A stretch of 64,000 bases of DNA from a virus. Its lineage: Duplodnaviria > Caudoviricetes. Numbering within the stretch: the first letter of the stretch is position 1; the number at the start of each line of letters is the position of its first letter. This document shows, one piece after another, positions 33,348 to 42,415 of this stretch. The notes below the pieces were generated by a model that saw only the letters and a list, made by a program, of their open reading frames with translations, was not told the DNA's origin and ran no database searches. Both the position numbers and the translations under genes were made by a program. The stretch lies in the IMG/VR virus record IMGVR_UViG_3300032083_001406, positions 1,617-65,616 of that record; one strand, written 5' to 3'.

Positions 33348-35030
33348 ATGATAATAAGTAAACTAGATACAGGAAAGCATATCTATACATCGTATAGAAA
33401 GGATGGAAAGAAGATTGAGAATATAGAAGAGTTTAAGCCCTACTTCTATATTCTCAATTCAGAAGTTCAACCTAAGTATTACAAACCTTCTAAGTATTTA
33501 ACTAGAGAGTTTGAATATGAAGAAGGAGATTGGGTCAATCTTCAAAAGCAAAAACTAACTAAAGTATATGTAGATAATTCTTATGATATGCATATTGCTA
33601 AGAAATCTTTTCATAAAACTTATGAAGCAGATGTATCTTATACCTTTAGATTTGCAGTAGATAAATTAGCAGTATTACCAGAATATGAAATGCATAAATG
33701 GTATTGGGATATGGAATGGCAACAAGGTGGAGAACATCATGATGAAATCACCACTATTGTAGCGTATGATAATTATGATAAGAAGTATTACCAATGGGTT
33801 TGGTTTCCTAATGAAATAGACTATAATCTTGTTGATAGTCCTATTAATAAAGATGAAAAACAAATAGGAAGAAAATATACATTTGATAATGAAAAAGATA
33901 TGATTCAATCCTTTATGACAACAATGGCTGTAAAAGACCCTGATATGTTAATTGCTTGGTTTGGGTTGAAATTCGATTTACCTAAACTCCTTGAACGTGC
34001 GTGTGCTTTGGGATTGAACCCCACTATCATATCGCCAATTAATATCGTTAAGGGTGTTAAGAAGGTCAAGGATGGCTTTAGATTCAAGTATGGTGAAAAT
34101 GGGTTCGGTGCTATCGAACAGCCGATAGGAGGCCGCATAACCCTCAATTTAGACCTTGCTTTTGAACGTCAATGGAATGATTCACAAAGAGGAACATTAC
34201 CATCAATGTCTTTAAATTATATTTCTGAATCAGTTTTAGGTAAAGAAAAGTTAGTTAGTGAGAAATTTCCTGACCCTAACGAGTTTTATCGTAGAGCATG
34301 GTTAGAAGATACTGAAACGTATTTGAAGTATGCTTTAGTGGATGTCGAGTTAATGGTTGAAATTGATGAATTAAATTATTGTAGTGAAGCAATTATAGCA
34401 TTACAAAGATTATTGATTGCACCATTTAGTGCTTGTTTTTATGCTAGTCATATGGGTTCAATCTATTTTATGCGTAATGCAGAATGGATTGCTCCTACTG
34501 GAGAAAAGGTAGATAAGCGTCAAGAATATGATGGTGCTATGATTTATGACCCATTAAGTGAAGGAACAAACGGATTACATCTTAATGTAGCCGCTTTTGA
34601 TTTTGCAGGGCTATATCCTAGTATGATGATTTCAAGGAACATTTCATGGGAAACTAAATCAAATGAGCCTACTGAATTTGGTGCTAATCTATCTACTCCT
34701 AGAGACTTTAGTATTAGTGATAAGAAACAAATGTTGTATTATAAAACTGATAAGTTGGGTCTATTACCTAGAGCAGTTCTTGATTTGAAAGAGTTGCGAA
34801 ATGAATATAAGCGACTTATGAGAAAGGCAAGAGATGAGGATAACAAATCAGAATATGTTAAGTGGAATAACAATCAAATGGCAGTAAAGCGATTAATGGC
34901 ATCTTTTTATGGCATTGTTGCTTTTCAAGGATTTGGTTGGGCTGATGTAGATTTAGCCGCTAGTATTACTGCTAGTGCTAGAGAAGCAATTCGTTTAGCC
35001 GCATTTAAAGCAAAGGAGATGGAAGAATGA
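33348..35030 (+). CDS. polB: family B DNA polymerase, N-terminal part (exonuclease, motifs A and B)
   Basis: WDMEW, FDLPKL, YALVD, FDFAGLYPS, KRLMASFYG. Confidence 0.93.
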   Translation: MIISKLDTGKHIYTSYRKDGKKIENIEEFKPYFYILNSEVQPKYYKPSKYLTREFEYEEGDWVNLQKQKLTKVYVDNSYDMHIAKKSFHKTYEADVSYTFRFAVDKLAVLPEYEMHKWYWDMEWQQGGEHHDEITTIVAYDNYDKKYYQWVWFPNEIDYNLVDSPINKDEKQIGRKYTFDNEKDMIQSFMTTMAVKDPDMLIAWFGLKFDLPKLLERACALGLNPTIISPINIVKGVKKVKDGFRFKYGENGFGAIEQPIGGRITLNLDLAFERQWNDSQRGTLPSMSLNYISESVLGKEKLVSEKFPDPNEFYRRAWLEDTETYLKYALVDVELMVEIDELNYCSEAIIALQRLLIAPFSACFYASHMGSIYFMRNAEWIAPTGEKVDKRQEYDGAMIYDPLSEGTNGLHLNVAAFDFAGLYPSMMISRNISWETKSNEPTEFGANLSTPRDFSISDKKQMLYYKTDKLGLLPRAVLDLKELRNEYKRLMRKARDEDNKSEYVKWNNNQMAVKRLMASFYGIVAFQGFGWADVDLAASITASAREAIRLAAFKAKEMEE

Positions 35031-35275
35031 GTAGAAGTAACTTTAACTTAAAGATTAAAAAACAAATTAGAAAAATATTGCCCAACTTAGAAGATATGCA
35101 ACCTTTTACTGCATCTGAATTAAAAGGTATGCTATACGATAATGGGGTAACTAATACCACTACTACACAATTAGGAGGCTTAATTAAAAAGTTTGCTAAA
35201 ACTGATGGTTATGGTAATTGGAAATTAAAAGCAGATTGGAGGAATATTCTTGAACAAGAAAACAGTCGTTATTGA
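35027..35275 (+). CDS. small HTH-like protein between the polB halves
   Basis: FTASELKGML...TTQLGGLIKK; ATGA-coupled. Confidence 0.6.
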   Translation: MSRSNFNLKIKKQIRKILPNLEDMQPFTASELKGMLYDNGVTNTTTTQLGGLIKKFAKTDGYGNWKLKADWRNILEQENSRY

Positions 35276-35414
35276 AGTATCATATGATACTGATGAAACA
35301 TGGGAAGAAACATATAAAGAAGTAAAAGAAATACTTCAGATGATGAACAATCTCAAAAGAAATGCAGTAATCAAATCTATTAAAGGTGATAATGATGATG
35401 ATGGACAAAACTAA
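35250..35414 (+). CDS. small hypothetical protein (TTG start)
   Basis: GGAGG SD; MNKKTVVIEVSYDTDETWEE... Confidence 0.5.
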   Translation: MNKKTVVIEVSYDTDETWEETYKEVKEILQMMNNLKRNAVIKSIKGDNDDDGQN

Positions 35415-35526
35415 CGAACTGCTAGAAGAATTGCTCGCTATGATAGCAAAGTCAAATAAGATATTAATGATGGTAAATATCGTAAACATAGCAACCATTA
35501 TAACAATAGTAACGGTGATATTATGA
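35401..35526 (+). CDS. small membrane-anchored protein
   Basis: MDKTNELLEELLAMIAKSNKILMMVNIVNIATIITIVTVIL. Confidence 0.5.
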   Translation: MDKTNELLEELLAMIAKSNKILMMVNIVNIATIITIVTVIL

Positions 35527-35717
35527 GTAAAGAAATAAAAGAATTAAAAGAAGAGGTTAAAAACCTTAAGCAAATAATCAAGAGACTTGAAGTAGAAATA
35601 GATGAAATATGTAATTCTAATGTAACTATTCATTCTCTTAATAAGGATATGAAAATCATTAAACAGGAACTGATGAAGTATTCTGAAGGAAAACTGTATT
35701 TTGAAAACGCTTGGTGA
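35523..35717 (+). CDS. small coiled-coil protein
   Basis: heptad pattern; GGTGAT SD. Confidence 0.6.
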   Translation: MSKEIKELKEEVKNLKQIIKRLEVEIDEICNSNVTIHSLNKDMKIIKQELMKYSEGKLYFENAW

Positions 35718-35721
35718 TATA

Positions 35722-36609
35722 ATGAAAGTAGTTTATGGACATACAGATTCTATCTATGTTCAGATTGATTCTATCGAAAAGGCTGAACAGTCAATCAAAG
35801 AGATTGAAGCATCAGTTAGAGAACATTTTCCTAATGTATTGGGATTGGAAGAACACCCAGTTGTTCTCGAATTTGAAAAGTATTATTCTGCATTGGGAGT
35901 AGGAACGACAAAGAATAGAAATGCAGGTTTAGTATCATGGGAAGATGGAGTTTGGCTTAAGGAGCCTAAGTTCACTATGACTGGTTTTACTGCTAAAAGA
36001 GTAAGTGAGACTAAACTAGCAAAGGATGTCCAAACCACAGTATTAAAAATGTGGGTTGGGCAAAAGGATATAAAATCTATCAATAAATATTTATCTGATA
36101 AATATAATGATGTAATAAATGGTAAGTTAGAAACTCCTGACATCATTAAAAGAAGTAGATTGAGAGAAGATAGAGTTCTTCTAAAATGTCCAGAATGTAA
36201 TAAGAAACACCATCTTAAAGAATGTATTAAGATTAAGTGGTGTGATAAGTGTGGAACTGAAACAGAGCAATTTGTTACATTTACACACAAAAGACCTGCT
36301 ATCGGTTCGGGTATCGCAGGTATTCTTTATGCTTGGGAAAGATTAAATATGACCTTTGATGACTCGTATTTATATCTGAAGGTAAAGGATGTGCATGATA
36401 CATATACTCATCCTTTGACAAAAGTTCAAAGAAATGTAGATTATGTGTCTGCTACAACCTATGAGGATTTTGCAGATTATACTCCCGATTATAAACACTA
36501 TGCAGAACAGATAGTAAAGAAGGCCGAACCTATTTATCGAGCAATGAATTGGGAAGTATCTTCTATAAGAACAGGAAAAATACAAATGAAATTAGACGAA
36601 TGGTGGTAA
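35722..36609 (+). CDS. polB: family B DNA polymerase, C-terminal part (motif C, thumb)
   Basis: VVYGHTDSIY, LEFEK, KNRNAG, Zn insert CPEC...CDKC, PIP-like QMKLDEWW; GGTGAT SD. Confidence 0.92.
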   Translation: MKVVYGHTDSIYVQIDSIEKAEQSIKEIEASVREHFPNVLGLEEHPVVLEFEKYYSALGVGTTKNRNAGLVSWEDGVWLKEPKFTMTGFTAKRVSETKLAKDVQTTVLKMWVGQKDIKSINKYLSDKYNDVINGKLETPDIIKRSRLREDRVLLKCPECNKKHHLKECIKIKWCDKCGTETEQFVTFTHKRPAIGSGIAGILYAWERLNMTFDDSYLYLKVKDVHDTYTHPLTKVQRNVDYVSATTYEDFADYTPDYKHYAEQIVKKAEPIYRAMNWEVSSIRTGKIQMKLDEWW

Positions 36610-36610
36610 T

Positions 36611-37516
36611 ATGAACGACGATGAAAAATATAATGCGGTGATTTCTTCTATGAAGGAATTCACTTACAAATGGAAACCCGAAAATTATGATGACCCATCG
36701 AAACCAATCCTAAAGATAACTAAATCTTCTTTGGGAAGTTTTGATTGGTGTCCGAAAAAGTATGAGTTTTCTTACAGGCAAAGATTACCTCAAGACCAAA
36801 CGGAGGCTATGTTGAAAGGAACGGTACTTCACAATCATAGAGAGGACTTCTTTAATACCTTTGATATTAAGAAAGCAGAAAAGATGAACAATAGTGAAGT
36901 ATTAGAATACTGCACTAGTTTAATGCCTGTTGATGATTACTATGATATTTCATTGACAGTAGCATCGCTTGAAGCACAAAGATTTATTGAAGCAAGAACA
37001 GAAAATAAGATAGATGAATATCTTCCAGTATGTAATGAAGGAAAGTTTGATGCAGAAATTACAATACCTGCAAATACCAATCCTAAATTTCCTCTAAGTA
37101 GAGACTATGTAATTCATATTCAAGGAATTATTGATAGAATATTTAAAGAGAATGGAGGATTAGTTCCATTTGAATACAAAACTGGTGGATGGAAAGATTG
37201 GAAGAAAACTTCTATGCGTAAAGAAATGGCATTCTATGAATTGTTATTGATTAATGCGCCCGATGAAGTTATGATTAAGAATGGATTAGACCCTAATGAT
37301 AAAGTAACTCATTGGGGTTGGTATTATCCTGCGGCAAATTACATTTATGCAGAACCTAGAAAAACTAGGTCAATGACTTCTGTTATGAATAACATCGCTA
37401 AACTAATTCACCACTATGAAAAGGATATGTTTCCTGCAAAATACTTCTATAAGACTTGCGCTCATTGTTCTTTCTTTGGTATTTGTGATGAAGCACAGGA
37501 TGATTCATGGGTTTGA
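36611..37516 (+). CDS. Cas4-like PD-(D/E)XK exonuclease
   Basis: WCPKKY, GTVLH, GIIDRI, EYKTG, CAHCSFFGIC. Confidence 0.85.
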   Translation: MNDDEKYNAVISSMKEFTYKWKPENYDDPSKPILKITKSSLGSFDWCPKKYEFSYRQRLPQDQTEAMLKGTVLHNHREDFFNTFDIKKAEKMNNSEVLEYCTSLMPVDDYYDISLTVASLEAQRFIEARTENKIDEYLPVCNEGKFDAEITIPANTNPKFPLSRDYVIHIQGIIDRIFKENGGLVPFEYKTGGWKDWKKTSMRKEMAFYELLLINAPDEVMIKNGLDPNDKVTHWGWYYPAANYIYAEPRKTRSMTSVMNNIAKLIHHYEKDMFPAKYFYKTCAHCSFFGICDEAQDDSWV

Positions 37517-37520
37517 TATT

Positions 37521-37892
37521 ATGAAAGAACTTATAGAAAAAAAAGTATTGGCAAAGAATTGGACATTCAATGAAATTTCTAACCTAACTGAAACTATCAA
37601 TTTAATATCCAATGACATTTATTCAGAAATGACATTAATTGAAAGATTTAAAATGATAGAAGATGTAAGAATTAAAGAAACTTATGTAGGTCAATTATAT
37701 ACAGATGTGTTAAGAGAGATGGTTCAAATATCTCTTAAGGCAGAAGTAGCAGGAACAATTAAACAATTATTAAATACAGCAACAGTAAATTTTGGGGGAA
37801 ATAAAAATGAAATATCCGAGAGAAGTATGGGCGGGAAGCCACATAAAGAACGCACCACAGATGAGAAGAAAGATAGTCTTGACAAAGAATGA
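37521..37892 (+). CDS. hypothetical protein
   Basis: ORF from ATG 37521. Confidence 0.55.
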   Translation: MKELIEKKVLAKNWTFNEISNLTETINLISNDIYSEMTLIERFKMIEDVRIKETYVGQLYTDVLREMVQISLKAEVAGTIKQLLNTATVNFGGNKNEISERSMGGKPHKERTTDEKKDSLDKE

Positions 37893-38847
37893 TTATATTT
37901 CTTTTGTTAAAGTACAGAATAATAGAACAAACGTATATACTACTGTCTATGATTTTGAGCACTTTAGCGAAACTGCGAAGATTGAATCTTCTGTAATATT
38001 GAATAGAATATTTCTAGACTTTGATGGACATGAAGGAGATTTAAATAATGCTTATCGTGATATTAAAGTTGTCATGGATTGGGTAATGGAGAAAGACATT
38101 ATGCATACTTTATTCTTTTCAGGAAGAGGATTTCATTTATTCTTAGATGGAAAAGAAACTGATAGCATTAGAAACATTCAAGCATATTTCAAAGAGGTTA
38201 AGAAGATGTTAATTTCAAAGGTTGGTAAAGATATAACTTTAGATGATAGAGTTGGTCAAACAACTCGTTTGAGAAGAATTCCAAATACTGTTAATATGTC
38301 ATCAGCAGATAAGAATGGTAATCCTCTTTTCTGCATACCTTTGATGTATGATGACCTATCTTTACCTCTTAACGAATTGATGACATTAGCATCCAAACCT
38401 AGAAATATTCCTTTTAAAAAGGTCGGCTCTATCAAGGTAGAGTTTCCTGAACAACCCCCCATAGAAGCCGTTGAAGGGGAAGTTACCGTACCGTCTTACG
38501 AAGGTAAATTGCCATTATTGCCATGTTTACATAATGCAGTAATGAGCGAGAATCCTTCGCATATGGCGAGAGCATACCTTGTTTCTTGGTATAGGGATTT
38601 ATTGACTGGAAGAACAAATTTGATTTCTAGAGAAGATAAAGACAAAGTATTGAATATGGTTGTTGAAGAAATCAAAACTGTTTTTGGTGAAAAAGAAAAC
38701 GTATGGTTAGATTGGGATGAAGGCGAAACTAGAAAACACGCTAGATTTACCGTTCATGGAAATTACAATACTCCCTTTTGTGATAAGTTAATATCGGAAG
38801 GATATTGTGTAGGAAAATGTTGGAGGTTCCCTCATGTTAATAATTGA
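37807..38847 (+). CDS. archaeo-eukaryotic primase, PriS fused to a PriL C-terminal Fe-S-like domain
   Basis: FLDFD, FSGRGFH, RLRRIPNT, LPCL...H..R, PFCDKL...YCVGKC. Confidence 0.88.
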   Translation: MKYPREVWAGSHIKNAPQMRRKIVLTKNDYISFVKVQNNRTNVYTTVYDFEHFSETAKIESSVILNRIFLDFDGHEGDLNNAYRDIKVVMDWVMEKDIMHTLFFSGRGFHLFLDGKETDSIRNIQAYFKEVKKMLISKVGKDITLDDRVGQTTRLRRIPNTVNMSSADKNGNPLFCIPLMYDDLSLPLNELMTLASKPRNIPFKKVGSIKVEFPEQPPIEAVEGEVTVPSYEGKLPLLPCLHNAVMSENPSHMARAYLVSWYRDLLTGRTNLISREDKDKVLNMVVEEIKTVFGEKENVWLDWDEGETRKHARFTVHGNYNTPFCDKLISEGYCVGKCWRFPHVNN

Positions 38848-39529
38848 TTCAAGAGAAAAGAAAGGTTCTAAGTTAGTACACTTAGTAGAAGATAAAGCAA
38901 AAAGACTGAACATACAAATGGAAAAGAAGTGGCTAGAAATAGGCGATTATGTATTTGATAATGTTTGCTTTGAAGCAAAGTCTGTTCAAGACTTTATTGG
39001 TTCTGTAATGTCTAAAAGACTATGGACTCAATTAGATAACATGGATAGGCATTATCATACTAATGTAGTAATTATTTATGGTGATTTAGAAGAAGCAATA
39101 TATAATATTGTTGAACATTCACAAAGTAAATTACCACCCCATGCTAGAAAGATAATGATGAGAAATAAATTTCTAGGAGCATTGGGTCGAATAACATTAG
39201 ATATGGATGCGAAACCATTTTGGGTTCATAGTGAAGAAGAAGCATCTTCTATCATTACTGCAATATGTAAAATGCAACCAATCAAAAGAGATAATATTAG
39301 GCCACAGGTCTTTAAACGAGTATCTACTGATGATTTGAGATTAGATTTATTAACAAGTATAAAAGGTGTATCCTATAAAAAAGCAAAGTTACTCATTGAT
39401 AACTTTGGGTCTGTTATGGAAATAGGAGAACAAACTAGTTTTGAAATACAAAAACTAGAAGGGTTTGGAAAAGTATTAGCAGACAGAATAATCAATGTAT
39501 TAAATTCAGAAATGAAGGTGAAAATATGA
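38834..39529 (+). CDS. ERCC4/XPF-like nuclease with HhH motifs
   Basis: IIDSRE, LEIGDY, EAKSVQDF, IKGVS, LEGFGKVLA. Confidence 0.9.
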   Translation: MLIIDSREKKGSKLVHLVEDKAKRLNIQMEKKWLEIGDYVFDNVCFEAKSVQDFIGSVMSKRLWTQLDNMDRHYHTNVVIIYGDLEEAIYNIVEHSQSKLPPHARKIMMRNKFLGALGRITLDMDAKPFWVHSEEEASSIITAICKMQPIKRDNIRPQVFKRVSTDDLRLDLLTSIKGVSYKKAKLLIDNFGSVMEIGEQTSFEIQKLEGFGKVLADRIINVLNSEMKVKI

Positions 39530-40977
39530 ATGAAGAATATGAAGAAGAAGAATATGAAGCAATATTTGAAGAAAGGGCAGTAGTATCTGAATCCTTACCT
39601 AGAGTGGTAAGAGACTTTCAGAAGTCAGCAGTAGAAGTATCTCACTATAATGAGATACCTGCGGCTATATCTTTCTTTAATATCTTAGGGCAAATAAGTA
39701 AAGACTTTGTGCAAATACCTAAAGGAAGAAATATCTTAGATAGTAGAATCCACTTTTGTTGGATTCAGACATCTGGTACTGGTAAGTCTACCTTATACAA
39801 TTTTATTGGGCCAATTGCTAAAAGTGTATTTAAAAAGATTAATGAAGATGGTAGTCATCCTAGAGCAGTTAGAAACGATATTGCTATCCCAAAAGTATTT
39901 GATACGTTTTCATTGACAGATTATACCGATGCTTCTTTAATTGGTTATTATAAAAAAGGTCAAGATGAAGATGGTGATGAATCGTGGGAAAGAATTGCAG
40001 GGGCTTTAGAAGGAAGTGGATTAGCACATTGGGATGAATTTGAATATTCTGGTGTGTTTAAAGCAACCCAACATAAAGAAAGTTCTATTGTATATTTGAA
40101 TACTTTAATGAATACATTAGCAGGGGAGTCTTGGGTTATTACTAAGAAACTTAAAGAAGGAGATGTCATGGAATGTTTTTCTGAAAGGTCAGTATTAGCA
40201 ATGACTTATTGCCCTAAGAACCTAGAAGATGTAATGGCAGAAAAAGGTGTTCTACAAAGAATGTTATGTTATGTTTGGGAAGTCCCTCCTTATATTCAAG
40301 ATAAGATGAGAAGAGAACAAATTGCTTTAGCAGGAACATATGTCGAAGTTACCCAACCTATCGAAAGATTTGCTAATGCTTTCTATAATATCTATTCAGA
40401 AGTTAAGACTAGGTTTGAAGAAGTAGGGCGTAATCCATTAGATACAATGACCTATGCTCAAGGATTTAACGATGTATTATTATTAGAATATGAGAGTATG
40501 CACAATTTCATTCAATCTGAGAGAAGTGAGGTTAAAGACATCGCAGGTAACTTTACTACTAGATTGATGGAAACATTGATGAAATTGAGCGTATTATGTT
40601 CAGTTGCAGAAAGTCCTTCCATTACAGATAAAAGCAAAAAATTCATTGTAACTGGTAATAATGTCCGTCAAGCGGCGGCTATTGTCCGACAATGTTATAG
40701 CACATTAGTTGAGTGGTTGAATCGTAGCCTACGCACCCGACGCAAGCAGACTCATGAAAAGAGCGCACTTTCAGTATTTATCAAAGTATATGCAGAAATG
40801 GATAAAGATGAAGATGGGTTCATTAGTAAGAAGAAATACTTAGATGAAGTTCAAAAAGAAAGTAAAAAGAGCAGACCCAGTATTTATAATTATTTTAAGA
40901 CAATATCGCATATGTTCGGACAAGAAAAAGTTGGGCGTTCAGTATTTGTAAAATATATAGGAGAGGAAAAAGAATGA
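39526..40977 (+). CDS. MCM-like AAA+ replicative helicase
   Basis: SGTGKST, TDASLIG, WDEFE, GVLQR, TTRL, C-terminal wHTH. Confidence 0.7.
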   Translation: MNEEYEEEEYEAIFEERAVVSESLPRVVRDFQKSAVEVSHYNEIPAAISFFNILGQISKDFVQIPKGRNILDSRIHFCWIQTSGTGKSTLYNFIGPIAKSVFKKINEDGSHPRAVRNDIAIPKVFDTFSLTDYTDASLIGYYKKGQDEDGDESWERIAGALEGSGLAHWDEFEYSGVFKATQHKESSIVYLNTLMNTLAGESWVITKKLKEGDVMECFSERSVLAMTYCPKNLEDVMAEKGVLQRMLCYVWEVPPYIQDKMRREQIALAGTYVEVTQPIERFANAFYNIYSEVKTRFEEVGRNPLDTMTYAQGFNDVLLLEYESMHNFIQSERSEVKDIAGNFTTRLMETLMKLSVLCSVAESPSITDKSKKFIVTGNNVRQAAAIVRQCYSTLVEWLNRSLRTRRKQTHEKSALSVFIKVYAEMDKDEDGFISKKKYLDEVQKESKKSRPSIYNYFKTISHMFGQEKVGRSVFVKYIGEEKE

Positions 40978-41195
40978 AATATGAAAACACATACCTTGTC
41001 TTTGAGGTATCAAAAGGCCCAAAAGTAATAATTGAATCATTAGACACCTATGGTGCAGATGGTTGGGAATGTTGTTCTATGCTAACAGTAGCAGGGAATA
41101 ATATTGTTTGCTTTTTAAAGCGTCGAATTGATGTTGAAGAAGAAAAGACAGATAAAGAAACAGAAAAGATTTCCAAACTTTGGTCGCAGGATTGA
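40974..41195 (+). CDS. DUF4177-like small protein
   Basis: MKYE...LDTYGADGWE...FLKR. Confidence 0.6.
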   Translation: MKYENTYLVFEVSKGPKVIIESLDTYGADGWECCSMLTVAGNNIVCFLKRRIDVEEEKTDKETEKISKLWSQD

Positions 41196-41200
41196 TTTAA

Positions 41201-41794
41201 ATGTCAGTATTGGCTATTGATTTAGAGACTAAGAATATGTCTCATGATATTGGTGGTTTTGGAAATACCCATATGTTTCAAGTATCTACTGTTGCTACTT
41301 GGGATGGAAAGAATGGAACAGTATATGTTGATGAACCAGTAGATAACTTTGCTAAGTCTGGTCATGTAATTAAATCTATTAGAGAACTCAAGTATGATTT
41401 AGATGACCATTTACAAAAGGGTGGAGTATTGTTAGGACATAACATTGCTTCATTTGATTTAGCGATTCTTAGAGATTCAGTTGATATTCATTGTATACAT
41501 AAGTATTTAGATGAAAAGAAGTATATTGACACTAGTAGAATTTTAAATAAAGAACATGGAGAAAGGTTCCCACTAAGTAATTTAGTTAAATGTACTATGG
41601 ATGACTTTAAACTCATGGATAGTGCAGATGCTCCTAAATTATGGAAGATGGGTCAATATGATGAAGTAGTTGAGTATTGTATGAAAGATACTCAATTAGT
41701 TTATGACCTTTGGAAGTATGGTCAAGATAACGGAATTGTTAAGGCATTTTCTGTTGATAAAGAAGAGTTTGTTGAATTGGAGGTGAATTGGTAA
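41201..41794 (+). CDS. DEDD/RNase H-like 3'-5' exonuclease
   Basis: AIDLET, GHNIASFD, YCMKD. Confidence 0.85.
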   Translation: MSVLAIDLETKNMSHDIGGFGNTHMFQVSTVATWDGKNGTVYVDEPVDNFAKSGHVIKSIRELKYDLDDHLQKGGVLLGHNIASFDLAILRDSVDIHCIHKYLDEKKYIDTSRILNKEHGERFPLSNLVKCTMDDFKLMDSADAPKLWKMGQYDEVVEYCMKDTQLVYDLWKYGQDNGIVKAFSVDKEEFVELEVNW

Positions 41795-41946
41795 TGGAAG
41801 GCTGGGATTGGTTCTTTCTTATTATTTTCTTAGTAGTTCTCATGCTACTCTTCTTCGCCGCATTTGGTGGTAGAAATATCACCGATGAAAGCGTTGAAGA
41901 TTATATGAGAAGGCTAATGCAAAATAAAGGCGAAGGGCAACAATGA
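41794..41946 (+). CDS. small membrane protein
   Basis: MEGWDWFFLIIFLVVLMLLFFAAFGG; GGAGGTGA SD. Confidence 0.6.
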   Translation: MEGWDWFFLIIFLVVLMLLFFAAFGGRNITDESVEDYMRRLMQNKGEGQQ

Positions 41947-42086
41947 CATTAAAACAAAAGTGTTGCTATTGTGGAGTTAATACTTTAGCGAAGCGTTTAG
42001 TTGGATTCTATGTGGGTTCAACTGAACAAATTAAACTTTGGGAATGTCGAGAATGTTTTAAGATTTGGTCTGTAAAGACTGATTGA
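41943..42086 (+). CDS. small Zn-ribbon protein
   Basis: CCYCG...WECRECFKIW; ATGA-coupled. Confidence 0.6.
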   Translation: MTLKQKCCYCGVNTLAKRLVGFYVGSTEQIKLWECRECFKIWSVKTD

Positions 42087-42130
42087 GAGGCGAGGTAACT
42101 TAATTGTTGCCTCGCCTCAATTTTTTTTTT
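42087..42130 (+). terminator. terminator at the convergence of the replication and structural modules
   Basis: GAGGCGAGG/CCTCGCCTC stem followed by T10. Confidence 0.8.
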
Positions 42131-42220
42131 AAATTTTTTAATCGCCAATTGTGGCTAACCATGTTGCAAGAAATCCACCGACAAAGGCTATAATACCTAA
42201 TATACACAATTCCATGTTAA

Positions 42221-42415
42221 TCACGAATTGTGCCAATTAGTAATTTCTGTCTGAGTTGGTGGAGTAGAATAAACATTGCTCGGCCAGTTGGCTAAATTTA
42301 ATTTAATTGTTCTAATGCCGTTTTCATCTATTGATTTAAATATTGAAGGTGATAAATCTGTCCAATCAACTAAGGGATAATTAGTTTCTAAAAAATCTTT
42401 CATACAAGCCATCAT
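42221..42415 (-). CDS. small tail-fibre-associated protein
   Basis: follows the tail fibre gene; W...PPTQTEI motif reminiscent of XkdW-like proteins. Confidence 0.5.
   Translation of the reverse strand: MMACMKDFLETNYPLVDWTDLSPSIFKSIDENGIRTIKLNLANWPSNVYSTPPTQTEITNWHNS

Noticed and set aside
35031-35721. Intron or intein interrupting polB
   Set aside because: No splice-junction residues or intron core; the gap is filled by SD-led coupled ORFs and the second half has its own SD and ATG.
36611-37516. Cas4-like gene as part of a CRISPR-Cas system
   Set aside because: It stands alone in the replication operon, as is common in archaeal viruses; no cas1/cas2 or array is present.
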